Positions 27,265-37,532 of a stretch of DNA of 59,189 nucleotides are shown piece by piece. Both the position numbers and the translations under genes were made by a program. Origin of the DNA: Spirochaetota bacterium (GTDB lineage Bacteria > Spirochaetota > Spirochaetia > SZUA-6 > Fen-1364); NCBI GenBank assembly GCA_026398635.1, contig JAPLSM010000045.1, forward strand, positions 1 to 59,189, given 5' to 3'. Each line of letters opens with the position of its first letter. Position 1 is the first letter of the stretch. The notes under the pieces were generated by a model. That model made no database searches. It was given only the letters and a program-made list of their open reading frames with translations, and was not told the origin of the DNA.

Positions 27265-29981
27265 AGATCCAGCTGCGGCGCCACGAGCTTTTCATGGTCC
27301 CGCTGAAGGACCTCGTGGTGTTCCCGCACATGGTCGTACCGTTCTTCGTCGGCCGGCGCCGCTCGGTGCGCAGCGTCGAGGCGGCCATGACCCAGGGACG
27401 GCTCCTCTTCCTCGTCCCCCAGAAGAAGGGCGGCGTGGAGGAGCCGGGCGAGGCGGATTTCCACCCCGTGGGCACCGTGGCGCGCATCCTGCAGCTCTCG
27501 AAGCTGCCCGACGGCAAGCTGCGCCTGCTCGTCGAGGGCGAGGAGCGCGCCGCGGTCGTGCGCTTCACCGACACCACCGATGCCTTCCGGGTGCAGGTCC
27601 GGCCGCTGAAGGCAGCGCGCGAGGTGACCCCGCAGCTCGCTGCGCTCAGCCGTTCAGTCCGGCGGGCGTTCACCCAGTACCAGGAGGTCTCCCGCAAGGT
27701 TCCGCCCGAGGTGCTCGCGGCCGTCGAGGCCGCGGACGATCCGGACCGGCTCGCCGACCTCGTGGCCGGCGGTCTGCCGCTGTCGGCGGAGCACAAGCTC
27801 GAGCTCCTCTCGCTCGAGGACACCGCGGGGCGCCTCGAGCGCCTCGTGGCGTTCCTGTCCGCGGAGACCGAGCTCGCAGGCCTGGAGCAGGAGATCGCCT
27901 CCCGGGTGAAGCGCCGGGTCGAGAAGTCGCAGAAGGACTGGTTCCTCACCGAGCAGATGAAGGAGATCCAGCGCGAACTCGGAGCCGAGAGCGACGACCC
28001 GACTGGCGCGAAGGAGCTCGAGGAGAAAATGAAGGCCTGCGGCCTGAGCGCCGAAGCGCTCGAGAAGTGCCAGCGCGAGCTGAAGCGCCTCGCGCGGATG
28101 CAGCCGATGTCACCCGAGAGTGCGGTGCTGCGCACCTACCTCGAGTGGGTCACGGACCTGCCGTGGCGCGAGACCACCGCGGACAACCGGGACATCGAGC
28201 GCGCGCGCGTGATCCTCGACGAGGACCATTACGACCTGAAAAAGGTGAAGGAGCGCATCCTCGACTTCATCGCGGTCCGGCAGCTCAAGGGTCGGGTCAA
28301 GGGGCCCATTCTCTGCTTCATCGGCCCTCCGGGCACGGGCAAGACCTCGCTCGGCCGCTCGGTGGCCCGGGCGCTCGGCCGCACGTTCGTGCGCATGTCC
28401 CTCGGTGGGGTGCGCGACGAGGCGGAGATCCGGGGACACCGCAAGACCTACGTCGGAGCCCTCCCGGGCAAGGTGCTCCAGGCGATGCGCAAGGCCGGCA
28501 CCCGCAACCCCGTCTTCCTGCTGGACGAGATCGACAAGATGAGCTCCGACTGGCGGGGCGACCCGGCCTCGGCGCTCCTGGAAGTGCTCGACCCCGAGCA
28601 GAACGCCACGTTCCTGGACCATTACCTCGAGGTGCCCTACGACCTGTCGGACGTGATGTTCATCACCACGGCGAACTCCGCGCACAACATCCCGTTCCCG
28701 CTGCGAGACCGCATGGAGGTGATCGAGATCTCGGGCTACACGGATCTCGAGAAGCTCGAAATCGCCGATCGGTTCCTCGTGCCGAAGCAGCTGGGCGAGA
28801 ACGGCCTCGCGTGGGCGGACATCCGGTTCCAGCGCTCGGCGATCCTCAAGCTCATCCGGTCGTACACCCTCGAAGCGGGGGTGCGCAACCTCGAGCGCGA
28901 GATCGCCAATGTGCTGCGCAAGATCGCCCGGGACGCGGTGAAGCGGGGACTGATGCCGCCGCTACCCGAGCCCGAGCCGGCAGCTGCGGTCGAGACGGCG
29001 CCCGAAGCGCCGGCGGAGCCGGCTGCGGCCCCCGACGAGGCCGCGGTCGCTACCGCGGACGGGGCGCCGGCCCCTGCAGCGCCCGAAGCGCCGGCTGCAC
29101 CCGCCGTCGATGCCCCCGCACCGGCGGCCGCCGCCCCGGCGCCGGCTGAGGCGGCCGCGGCACCGGCCCCCGCGCTCGAGCTGCGCGTGACGGTCACCGG
29201 CCGTTCCGTGGCCTCGTACCTCGGCAAGGTGAAGTTCATCGAGAGCTCGTTCGCCCGGGAGGTGAAGCCCGGCCTGGCCTACGGCCTCGCGTGGACCGAG
29301 CTCGGCGGACAGCTCCTGCCCGTGGAGGTCGCGATCCTCGTCGGCAAGGGCGAGCTGCTGCTGACGGGCAGCCTCGGCGACGTGATGAAGGAGAGCGCGC
29401 AGGCCGCCCTCTCCTTCCTGCGCGCCCGGCACGCCGAGCTCGGCATCCCCGCGGATTTCGCGAAGGACCGGGACATCCACGTGCACGTGCCCGAGGGCGC
29501 CATTCCCAAGGATGGCCCCTCGGCGGGCATCACGCTCGTGGCCGCGATGCTGTCGGCGGTGCGGGGCGTGGCCTCGGCCAGCGGCTTCGCCATGACCGGC
29601 GAGATCACCCTGACCGGGCGCCTGCTGCCGATCGGCGGGGTCAAGGAGAAGGTGCTCGCCGCACACCGGTACAAGATGACCCGGGTGCTCCTGCCCCGAC
29701 AGAACGAGAAGGACCTCGAGGACATCCCCGAAGAGGTGCGCGAGGCACTGAGCTTCGTGTTCGCCGACTCGGTCACCGACGCCCTGGCGATCCTGTTCCC
29801 ACCGGCCGACCGCGCCGGGGAGCCGGCTGCGGCGGACGGACTGTCCTCCGACGCGCGACCCACAGCGGGGATCGGGGAAACCCGGGTGCCGGGTGAACCT
29901 GCCGTGCCCGTAGATCCTGCAGCCTTCATCGAGCCTTCCGTGCCGGTCGAACCGGTCCAGGACGCGCCGCCGCCGAGCTGA
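27261..29981 (+). CDS. lon: Lon protease with an internal Ala/Pro-rich insertion
   Basis: N-terminal LON domain, [22 protein letters not shown] catalytic Ser, GGVKEK. Confidence 0.97.
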   Translation: MKIQLRRHELFMVPLKDLVVFPHMVVPFFVGRRRSVRSVEAAMTQGRLLFLVPQKKGGVEEPGEADFHPVGTVARILQLSKLPDGKLRLLVEGEERAAVVRFTDTTDAFRVQVRPLKAAREVTPQLAALSRSVRRAFTQYQEVSRKVPPEVLAAVEAADDPDRLADLVAGGLPLSAEHKLELLSLEDTAGRLERLVAFLSAETELAGLEQEIASRVKRRVEKSQKDWFLTEQMKEIQRELGAESDDPTGAKELEEKMKACGLSAEALEKCQRELKRLARMQPMSPESAVLRTYLEWVTDLPWRETTADNRDIERARVILDEDHYDLKKVKERILDFIAVRQLKGRVKGPILCFIGPPGTGKTSLGRSVARALGRTFVRMSLGGVRDEAEIRGHRKTYVGALPGKVLQAMRKAGTRNPVFLLDEIDKMSSDWRGDPASALLEVLDPEQNATFLDHYLEVPYDLSDVMFITTANSAHNIPFPLRDRMEVIEISGYTDLEKLEIADRFLVPKQLGENGLAWADIRFQRSAILKLIRSYTLEAGVRNLEREIANVLRKIARDAVKRGLMPPLPEPEPAAAVETAPEAPAEPAAAPDEAAVATADGAPAPAAPEAPAAPAVDAPAPAAAAPAPAEAAAAPAPALELRVTVTGRSVASYLGKVKFIESSFAREVKPGLAYGLAWTELGGQLLPVEVAILVGKGELLLTGSLGDVMKESAQAALSFLRARHAELGIPADFAKDRDIHVHVPEGAIPKDGPSAGITLVAAMLSAVRGVASASGFAMTGEITLTGRLLPIGGVKEKVLAAHRYKMTRVLLPRQNEKDLEDIPEEVREALSFVFADSVTDALAILFPPADRAGEPAAADGLSSDARPTAGIGETRVPGEPAVPVDPAAFIEPSVPVEPVQDAPPPS

Positions 29982-30003
29982 TCCCCCGCGCGAGGAGGGC
30001 ACC

Positions 30004-30774
30004 ATGGCCTTCATTCAATGCAGCTTCCGCAGCTCGATGCTCGACATCGCCGCGGGCATGAACGTCGTCCTGCCCCAGCGCGACGACCTCACGGACCGCC
30101 GGCCGTTCCCGTGCCTGTTCCTGCTGCACGGTCTTTCCGACGACCACACCATCTGGAGCCGCCGCACGTCCATCGAGCGATATGCGGAGGCCCATGGCAT
30201 CGCGGTGGTTATGCCTGCCGGCGGCAGAGGCTGGTATGTGGACAATGCCGAGGGGCCCCGGTGGGGTGCCTTCGTTGCCGACGAGTTGCCCGCCGCCGCA
30301 CGCGCCTTCTTCCCCCTGTCCCACCGGCGCGAGGATACGTTCGTCGCCGGCCTCTCCATGGGTGGGTACGGGGCTTTCCGGATCGCACTGGCACACCCCG
30401 ACCGGTTCGCCGCTGCGGGGAGCTTTTCGGGCGCGCTGGACGTGGCCCGTAGGCCGGCGGACGCGGAGCCGGCCTGGACCACGGAGCTCACCCGTGTTTT
30501 CGGCGACCTCGGCGCCCTGCCGGGCTCGACGGACGACCTCTTCGAGCTGGCGCGCCGGCTGGACCCGGCCGACCGCCGACGTCTGCGCCTCTTCCAGTGC
30601 TGCGGCACCGAGGATTTTCTGTACGACGCCAACGTGCGCTTCCGCGACCACAGCCGTTCCCTGGGCCTCGACCTGACCTACGAGGAAGGCCCGGGCACGC
30701 ACGAGTGGGGATTTTGGGACGCGGCGGTGCGTCGGTTCCTGGACTGGCTGACCGGGCCGGGTCCCGCCGCCTGA
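30004..30774 (+). CDS. alpha/beta hydrolase, esterase family (acetyl/tributyrin esterase-like)
   Basis: LLHGLSDDH, GLSMGGYGA, CGTEDFL, GTHEWGFWD. Confidence 0.9.
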   Translation: MAFIQCSFRSSMLDIAAGMNVVLPQRDDLTDRRPFPCLFLLHGLSDDHTIWSRRTSIERYAEAHGIAVVMPAGGRGWYVDNAEGPRWGAFVADELPAAARAFFPLSHRREDTFVAGLSMGGYGAFRIALAHPDRFAAAGSFSGALDVARRPADAEPAWTTELTRVFGDLGALPGSTDDLFELARRLDPADRRRLRLFQCCGTEDFLYDANVRFRDHSRSLGLDLTYEEGPGTHEWGFWDAAVRRFLDWLTGPGPAA

Positions 30775-30853
30775 CGGTCAGCCCAGGGCACATGAACGCT
30801 CCACGGCCCGCTTTCCTTGACGCCCCTCGGGGCCGATCGTAGACTCCCCGTTC

Positions 30854-31990
30854 ATGACCGACCGCGAACGTCGGATCAGTACGCTCGCCTTCGGCAGCCC
30901 CGACCGGGTGCCGCTCGAGCCCGGCTACGGCAGGGAGTCGACGCTGAAGCGCTGGCACGCCGAAGGCCTGCCCGTGGACCTCACCGGTGGCGACGAAATC
31001 GCGGCGTTCGCCTACCGGGCCGCGGGCGGACGCGAAAAGCTGCCGGTGGTGGGCGACGGATTCCCCGTGAATATTCGCATGATCCCGCAGTTCGAGGAGA
31101 AGGTGTTGGAGCGCCGGGGCGACACGCAGGTGGTCCAGGACTGGAAGGGCAATGTCTGCGAGATCGGCTCGGAGTTCGACGTGAGCTACCTGTCGAACGC
31201 CGTCGACTTCGTTACGCGCCGCTGGATCCGCTGCCCGGTGGAGTCCCGGTCGGACTGGCTGGACATCGCGCGGCGCTACGATCCCGCCGACCCGTCGCGC
31301 CTGCCCGGCGACGCGGCCGAGCGCGCCCGGCGGCTCGCCGGCCGGGAGTGGACGGTCAGTCTCGACATCCCCGGTCCCTTCTGGCAGCTGCGCGAGTGGC
31401 TGGGATTCGAGCGCCTGTGCATGCTCTTCTACGACGATCTGCCGTTCCTCAGGCACATGATCGGGTTCTGGTCGACGTTCGTGGCCCTCGTGCTCGAACG
31501 GACCTTCGCGGTGTTCGTGCCCGACGAGATCCACCTCAGCGAGGACATGGCCTTCAAGGGCTTCTCGATGGTCTCGCCCGCAATGGTGCGCGAGCACCTC
31601 CTGCCGGTGTGGGCCCGGTGGGGGAAGCTCATCCGCGAAGCCGGCTGCCCCGTGTACGCCATGGACAGCGATGGCTTCGTCGGCGAGCTCATCCCGCTGT
31701 GGATCGAGGCGGGCATCACCGTGTGCGATCCCGTGGAGGTCGCTGCGGGAAACGACATCGCGGCCTTTCGCGCCCGATTCGGCAGGCGCATGGCCTACCG
31801 GGGCGGCGTCGACAAGCGTGCCATCTCGAAGGGCGGGACGGCGATCGAGGAGGAGATCGCGCGGGTCCGGCCCGTCATCGCCTCGGGCGGCTACATTCCC
31901 GGCTGCGACCACGGCGTGCCGGCGGACGTGTCCTGGCCGGACTTCGTGCGCTACGTGGGGCTGCTCGCCCGGGCCACGGGCTGGATGTGA
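30854..31990 (+). CDS. URO-D/MtaA-CmuA superfamily protein
   Basis: MTDRER start, FWQLREWLGFE, EDMAFK...MVSP, DSDG, GGYIPGCDHGVP; promoter TTGACG-N17-TAGACT 8 nt upstream. Confidence 0.85.
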   Translation: MTDRERRISTLAFGSPDRVPLEPGYGRESTLKRWHAEGLPVDLTGGDEIAAFAYRAAGGREKLPVVGDGFPVNIRMIPQFEEKVLERRGDTQVVQDWKGNVCEIGSEFDVSYLSNAVDFVTRRWIRCPVESRSDWLDIARRYDPADPSRLPGDAAERARRLAGREWTVSLDIPGPFWQLREWLGFERLCMLFYDDLPFLRHMIGFWSTFVALVLERTFAVFVPDEIHLSEDMAFKGFSMVSPAMVREHLLPVWARWGKLIREAGCPVYAMDSDGFVGELIPLWIEAGITVCDPVEVAAGNDIAAFRARFGRRMAYRGGVDKRAISKGGTAIEEEIARVRPVIASGGYIPGCDHGVPADVSWPDFVRYVGLLARATGWM

Positions 31991-33900
31991 GATGCCAGGT
32001 TCAGCAGGCCGCCAGCCGCGAGGATAGCCCGGTCGCGCGCGGAAGCGTCGAGCCGGGTCCTGATCCGTCGCCCGCCCGTTACCGCGACGATCTCGGCGGC
32101 GCCGTCGATGATGGCGCGCCGGATGCCCGGGAACCGCACTATGTCGCCCTGGTGCAGCGTCGCCCAGTCCGCCGGGTCGGCGAACACGAGCGGTACGATG
32201 CCGAAGTTGACCAGGTTGGCCTTGTGGATCCTGGCGAATCCCTTCACCAGCTTCACCCGCACGCCGAGGAAGCGCGGCGCGATGGCCGCGTGCTCGCGGC
32301 TCGAGCCCTGGCCGTAGTTCTCACCACCAACCACCATGCCGCTGCCGCGCTCCTTCGCCCGCTTCGGGAACTCCGGGTCCACCTGGTCGAAGACGAATCC
32401 GCTGATGGCGGGGATGTTGCTGCGGTAGGGCAGGACCCGGTTGCCCGCGGGCATGATGCGGTCCGTGCTGATGTTGTCGCCGACTACGAGCAGCACCTCG
32501 AGTTCCAGGTCGTCCTCGAGCGCGGCGAACGTCGGGAACGGCTGGATGTTCGGCCCACGCCGGATCTCCACCCGCGAACCGTCCGACGGGGGCTGCACGA
32601 ACCACTCGGTCCTCCACGCGAAGCGTTTCGGCCATGGCACCTGCGGGCACTTCCCGAGGGTCCGAGGATCCGTGATCCGTCCGCGCAGTGCCGAGGCGGC
32701 GGCCGTCTCGGGCGAGCACAGGTACACGGCGTCATCCGCGGTGCCGCTGCGGCCCTTGTAGTTGCGCGGGAAGGTCCTGAGCGAGTTGGTGCCCGTTGCC
32801 GGCGCCTGGCCCATGCCGATGCAGCCGAGGCAGCCCGCCTCGTGGATCCGTGCCCCGGCCTCGACCAGGGGGGCGAGGCCGCCCATCTCGGTGACGGCCC
32901 GCAGCGTCTGCCGGCTGCCGGGGTTGATCTCGAAGCTCACCTCCGGGTGCCGCATCCGGCCCGCCACCGCGAGCGACGCGATCATCAGGTCCCGGTAGTC
33001 GCCGTTCGTCGACGAGCCGATCACGACTTGATGCACGGGAACATCGGCGAGCTCCTCTGCCGTCTTCACGTTGTCGGGGTTCGACGGGAAGGCCACCATG
33101 GGCACCAGGGAGCCGAGATCGATCTCCGTCACCGTGTCGTACCGCGCGCCATCTTCCGCGGCGAGCTCCACCCAGGCGTCGCGCCGGCCGTTCAGGCCGA
33201 GCCAGTCCCGGGTGACCCGGTCGGAGGGGAACACGCAGGCCGTGGCGCCCATATCGACGCTCATGTTGGCGATGGTGGCCCGCGCCGGCAGGTCGAGCGC
33301 CGCCACCCCGGGCCCGAAGAACTCGAGCACCCTGCCCGTGGCACCCTTCGCCGAGAACCGGCGTAGCAGCTCCAGGATGAGGTCCTTGCCGGACACCCAC
33401 GCCGGAAGCGTGCCGGTCACCCGGATGCCCCACACCTCCGGTGTCAGGAGCCGGTAGGGCTCGCCGGACATCGCCATCGCGACCTCCAGGCCGCCCGCGC
33501 CCATGGCGAGCATGCCGATGCAGCCGCCCGTAGTGGTGTGGCTGTCCGACCCCAGCAGCGTGAGGCCGGGCCGGCCGAAGCGCTCGCGGTGGACGTGGTG
33601 GGAGATGCCGTTCCCCGGCGGCGAGAAGACCGCGCCGAATCGCGCGGCCGCGGACTGGAGGAACCGGTGGTCGTCCGCGTTGCGGAAATCGGTCTGGATG
33701 ATGTTGTGGTCCACGTAGCTCACGCTCAGGCCGGTGCGCACCCGGGGGATGCCCATCGACTCGAACTCGAGGTACGTCATGGTGCCGGTGGCGTCCTGCG
33801 TGAGGGTCTGGTCGATGCGCAGGGCGATCTCGCCTCCGCGCCCGATCTCGCCCCCCACGAGGTGGGCGCGGATGAGCCGCTCCGTCAGGGTCCCCTTCAT
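31951..33900 (-). CDS. aconitate hydratase (short, archaeal/Aquifex-type)
   Basis: DQTLTQDATGT, YVDHN, GSDSHT, GCLGCIGMG, ISTD.IMPAG, NYGQGSSREHA; the first cluster Cys of GSCTN reads GSSTN here. Confidence 0.88.
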   Translation of the reverse strand: MKGTLTERLIRAHLVGGEIGRGGEIALRIDQTLTQDATGTMTYLEFESMGIPRVRTGLSVSYVDHNIIQTDFRNADDHRFLQSAAARFGAVFSPPGNGISHHVHRERFGRPGLTLLGSDSHTTTGGCIGMLAMGAGGLEVAMAMSGEPYRLLTPEVWGIRVTGTLPAWVSGKDLILELLRRFSAKGATGRVLEFFGPGVAALDLPARATIANMSVDMGATACVFPSDRVTRDWLGLNGRRDAWVELAAEDGARYDTVTEIDLGSLVPMVAFPSNPDNVKTAEELADVPVHQVVIGSSTNGDYRDLMIASLAVAGRMRHPEVSFEINPGSRQTLRAVTEMGGLAPLVEAGARIHEAGCLGCIGMGQAPATGTNSLRTFPRNYKGRSGTADDAVYLCSPETAAASALRGRITDPRTLGKCPQVPWPKRFAWRTEWFVQPPSDGSRVEIRRGPNIQPFPTFAALEDDLELEVLLVVGDNISTDRIMPAGNRVLPYRSNIPAISGFVFDQVDPEFPKRAKERGSGMVVGGENYGQGSSREHAAIAPRFLGVRVKLVKGFARIHKANLVNFGIVPLVFADPADWATLHQGDIVRFPGIRRAIIDGAAEIVAVTGGRRIRTRLDASARDRAILAAGGLLNLASHIQPVARASSPT

Positions 33901-33965
33901 GTGCGTGGTGTACCACGGGCCGCCGGTCCTTGTCATGCCCCGGGCTTTGTTCTATCTTTGGCGTG
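33901..33965. promoter_or_regulatory. overlapping divergent promoters, both leaderless-type
   Basis: plus: TTGTCA-N17-TATCTT-7nt-ATG(33966); minus: ATGACA-N18-TACACC-6nt-ATG(33900). Confidence 0.55.
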
Positions 33966-34583
33966 ATGCTGGTTCCCGCCGAGGTCTGGACGGTGGCGAA
34001 AGCCGAACAGCAGGGGAACGCCGTGCTCGTGCGTCCCCTGGGGCTGGAGGTCGCCGTGCCCATCTTCATCGCTCCGCTGGAGGCCCAGTCGATCCTGATC
34101 GGCCTCGGCAACGTGAAGATGCCCCGGCCTCTGACCCACGACCTGTTCCTCTCCGTGCTCGAGAGCCTCGAAGCCTCCATCAACCGGGTGGAGATCATCT
34201 CGCTGAAAGAGGGCACCTTCTTCGCCAAGCTCGTGCTCGACGCCTCGGGATCGGAGATCGCCATCGACGCCCGACCGTCCGACTGCCTCGCGCTCGCGGT
34301 CCGGGTGAAGTGCCCGATCTACATCGACGAGTCGGTCGTGGACGAAGCGGGGATCTCCGTCAAGATGGTAGAGGAGCGGCGCGGCGACATCCGGCAGGAG
34401 GAGTCCGCGGCCCAGGGCATGGAGCAGGCCCAGGCCCCGGCTCCGGCGTCCGGGATGCCCCATCTCCTGCACGACGCGGAACTGGCCACGCTGAAGAAGA
34501 AGCTCGAGAGTGCCCTCGAGGAGGAGAACTACGAGGAGGCGGCACGCCTGCGCGACCGCATCCGCGAGCTCGAGTCCTCCTGA
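33966..34583 (+). CDS. bifunctional nuclease (DUF151) with a C-terminal UVR domain
   Basis: PIFI...EAQSI, PRPLTHDL, IDARPSD..ALA; ALEEENYEEAARLRDRIREL. Confidence 0.9.
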   Translation: MLVPAEVWTVAKAEQQGNAVLVRPLGLEVAVPIFIAPLEAQSILIGLGNVKMPRPLTHDLFLSVLESLEASINRVEIISLKEGTFFAKLVLDASGSEIAIDARPSDCLALAVRVKCPIYIDESVVDEAGISVKMVEERRGDIRQEESAAQGMEQAQAPAPASGMPHLLHDAELATLKKKLESALEEENYEEAARLRDRIRELESS

Positions 34584-34593
34584 TCCCGTCCGC

Positions 34594-35547
34594 ATGAACC
34601 CCGATCCTTACGCCCCCTGCCTCCTGTGCCCCCGCGTCTGCGCGGTCGACCGCACACGCGGCGAGACGGGCTTCTGCGGCGAGACCCGGGCCGTGCGTGC
34701 CGCGTGCGCGTGCCTGCACTTCGGCGAGGAACCGCCCGTGACCGGCCCGCGCGGTTCGGGCACCGTGTTCTTCACCGGCTGCACGCTGCGCTGCCGGGCT
34801 TGTCAGAACGCTCAACTGAGCCGCAATGGGCTCGGAGCCGAGCTCTCCGTGGACGACCTGGCGGGGATCTTCCTGCGCCTCCAGCGGGAAGGCGCGGGAA
34901 ACGTGAACGCGGTGACGGGCACGCACTTCCTGCCGGGCATCCTCGAGGCCTGGCAGGCGGCCTGCGCGCGGGGCCTCGCCATCCCGCTCGTGTGGAACTC
35001 CTCGGGCTACGAGACCGTCGATACCGTGCGGATGCTCGCGCCCCACGTCGCCTTCTTCCTGCCCGACCTGAAGACCCTCGACCCCGCGCTTGCTGCCTAT
35101 TGGTTCAAGGCGCCGGATTACCCCCGGAGAGCGGCAGAGGCCCTGCCCGCCATGGCCGAAGCCCGGCCCCTCGAGCGCGGGCCGGACGGCCTGCCGACCA
35201 GGGGCGTGATCGTCCGGCACCTCGTGCTCCCGGGCAGGATCGATGCCACTCGCGAGGTGCTCGCGTGGTTCTCCGAGCACCTGGCCGGTCGGGCGCTGCT
35301 GTCGCTGATGTCCCAGTACACCCCGATTCCCGGCCAGCCCCTTGAACCGCCGTTCGACCGGGGCCTGACCCCCGGGGAGTGGGACGCAGCGCTCGCGACG
35401 CTCGAGGAGCTGGGCATCGAGGACGGGTACGTGCAGGACCTCGAGCCCGGCACCGAGTGGCTGCCCGACTTCTCGCGCGAGCGGCCGTTTTCCGCGGAGT
35501 TGTCGCGCATGGTCTGGCACGCACGTGACGGCGCTCCGGCGGGCTGA
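34594..35547 (+). CDS. radical SAM protein, PflX-like
   Basis: CLLCPRVC, HFGEEP....GSGTVFF, CTLRCRACQN, WNSSGYE, RHLVLPG, MSQYTP. Confidence 0.88.
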   Translation: MNPDPYAPCLLCPRVCAVDRTRGETGFCGETRAVRAACACLHFGEEPPVTGPRGSGTVFFTGCTLRCRACQNAQLSRNGLGAELSVDDLAGIFLRLQREGAGNVNAVTGTHFLPGILEAWQAACARGLAIPLVWNSSGYETVDTVRMLAPHVAFFLPDLKTLDPALAAYWFKAPDYPRRAAEALPAMAEARPLERGPDGLPTRGVIVRHLVLPGRIDATREVLAWFSEHLAGRALLSLMSQYTPIPGQPLEPPFDRGLTPGEWDAALATLEELGIEDGYVQDLEPGTEWLPDFSRERPFSAELSRMVWHARDGAPAG

Positions 35548-35565
35548 TGCCGGACCGCGCCCAGC

Positions 35566-36261
35566 TCAGGCGGGGCCTATCGTGGTACCGATGAAGGGCC
35601 GGCCCTCGAGGATGGATGCGAGGTTCGCGAGGTCACGCCCGTCCGCGAAGATGACCCGCAGGCGCGCCGCGGCGGCAGCTTTCGTCGCCGCGGGATCGAA
35701 CGGGGTGTTCCTGCCCGGCGACCATTCCTCGCCGACGATCTTCCGGAATTCCGGCCACGACACCGTGTCGAGGGGCCGGGCCGACGGGTCCTTCTTCGGA
35801 TCCGCGGTGTACACCTTCGCGATGTTCGACAGGTTGACCAGGGTGTCCGCCGCGAATCGCCGGGCGAGGATGACCGCGTCGTTGTCCGTGGAGAAGCCGG
35901 GCTTCCACCCCGCGGCAACCAGGACGCGTCCCGCGAACTTCCGGGCCGCGGTCGGATCGGTCAGCACCCCGCTGCCGCACAGGCTGCCGAACATGCGGCG
36001 CACCAGCTCGGCGTTGACGCGCGTGGCCGCGATCCCGATCCAGTCGAGGTCGTCGTTCGATGCCGACGGTGCGAGTTCCCGGAAGGCTGCCTGGTAGCGC
36101 CGGGCGAGGCCGCCGCCGCCGCAGATCACGATCAGCTTCCTCCGTCGGTCGGCCTCGAGGTGGCCGAGCGCGAGCCGGTGAAACGACGCCAGGAACGCGG
36201 TGTCCACCGCGTCCGGGGCGATGAGCGATCCGCCCAGGGAGATGACCGTCGCGTCCGCCAT
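35566..36261 (-). CDS. pyrH: UMP kinase, archaeal-type
   Basis: VISLGGS, GGGGLARRYQ, DWIGIAATRVNA, GWKPGFSTD, VYTADPKKD, PFDP; TATAGT 6 nt upstream of ATG. Confidence 0.92.
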   Translation of the reverse strand: MADATVISLGGSLIAPDAVDTAFLASFHRLALGHLEADRRRKLIVICGGGGLARRYQAAFRELAPSASNDDLDWIGIAATRVNAELVRRMFGSLCGSGVLTDPTAARKFAGRVLVAAGWKPGFSTDNDAVILARRFAADTLVNLSNIAKVYTADPKKDPSARPLDTVSWPEFRKIVGEEWSPGRNTPFDPAATKAAAAARLRVIFADGRDLANLASILEGRPFIGTTIGPA

Positions 36262-36410
36262 GCGGTCACTATACCCGGTTCGCCGGCGCCAAGCCAGAAG
36301 CCCCCGCGCCCTCATGGGGCTTCCCGCAACCGTGGGTGCGGGTGGCGCAGCGCCCCGGACCCCTTCCCATGTAACTTGCATAATTATGCACCGGGAGCTA
36401 AACCTGCCCC

Positions 36411-37367
36411 ATGGCGAAGATGAAGGTGTTCGTGGCGGATTCGATCGCGAAGGAGGGCATCGCCGAGTTCGGCCGGTTCCCCGAGCTGGAGCTGGTGGTG
36501 AAGACGGGTCTGCCTCCTGCGGAGCTGGCGGCCGCCCTGGGCGACGCGGCGGGCCTCGTGGTGCGCTCGGCCACGCAGGCGAGCCGCGCGGTGATCGAGG
36601 CGGGGAAGGCGCTGAGGGTGATCGGCCGGGCCGGAGCCGGCGTCGACAACATCGACGTGGCAGCCGCCACCGAGCGGCGGATCCTCGTGACGAACACCCC
36701 CGGCGGCAACGCCGAGGCGGCTGCCGAGCTCGCGGTCGGCCTGATGTTCGCCCTCGCCCGGGAGATCCCCCGCGCGGACGCCTCGATGAAGGCGGGCACG
36801 TGGGACAAGAAGAGCTTCTCGGGCTCGGAGCTGCTGGGCAAGACCCTCGGCCTGGTGGGCATCGGCAACGTCGGAGGCGCGGTCGCGCGCATGGCCCGGG
36901 GCCTCGGCATGGCCGTGGTGGCGTACGACCCGTACGCGCGGCCCGACAAGGTCGCCTCGCTCGGCGTGCTGCTCGCGGGGCTGGACGAGGTGCTCGCCTC
37001 CGCGGATTTCATCTCGGTGCACGCCCCGAAGACCGGCGAGACGAAGAACCTCCTCGACGCGAAGGCGTTCGCGAAGATGAAGACCGGCGTGTTCGTGGTG
37101 AACTGCGCGCGCGGCGGGATCGTGGTGGAGAAGGACCTCGTCGCCGCCCTCGACGCGGGGAAGGTGCGGGGCGCGGCCGTGGACGTCTACGACAAGGAGC
37201 CGCCTGCGGACTGGACCCTCGCGAAGCACCCGAAGGTGATCGCCACGCCCCACCTCGGGGCGACCACCGGGGAAGCCCAGGTGAACGTCTCGGTGATGAT
37301 CGCCCGGCAGATCGGCGCGTACCTCACCAAGGGCGAGGTGATCAACGCGGTCAACACGGTGACCTGA
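36411..37367 (+). CDS. serA: D-3-phosphoglycerate dehydrogenase (short form, no ACT domain)
   Basis: VRSAT, GRAGAGVDNID, GIGNVG, NCARGG, TPHLGATTGEAQ. Confidence 0.85.
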   Translation: MAKMKVFVADSIAKEGIAEFGRFPELELVVKTGLPPAELAAALGDAAGLVVRSATQASRAVIEAGKALRVIGRAGAGVDNIDVAAATERRILVTNTPGGNAEAAAELAVGLMFALAREIPRADASMKAGTWDKKSFSGSELLGKTLGLVGIGNVGGAVARMARGLGMAVVAYDPYARPDKVASLGVLLAGLDEVLASADFISVHAPKTGETKNLLDAKAFAKMKTGVFVVNCARGGIVVEKDLVAALDAGKVRGAAVDVYDKEPPADWTLAKHPKVIATPHLGATTGEAQVNVSVMIARQIGAYLTKGEVINAVNTVT

Positions 37368-37398
37368 CCGCCAAGCGCCCGCCGTCCCGAGGGAACGC

Positions 37399-37448
37399 GG
37401 GCTCTCGCCTTCGCGCGCCAAAAGCGCGCTAGGGCTGCCGCCCTAGGG
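37399..37448 (-). repeat. 50-nt three-hairpin element A, copy 1
   Basis: CCCTAGGGCGGCAGCCCTAGCGCGCTTTTGGCGCGCGAAGGCGAGAGCCC on the minus strand. Confidence 0.85.
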
Positions 37449-37532
37449 CTGTCGGCGTCGCCACCTCGTACGTGGCTGGGCACCTTGTCGCCGCGCTCGC
37501 GTGGCGCTACATTGTGCGTGGAGGGGACGCCC

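Noticed and set aside
35566-36261. Archaeal-type pyrH as evidence of recent archaeal transfer
   Set aside because: This UMP kinase type is already known from spirochaetes, so it is a lineage marker rather than a novelty
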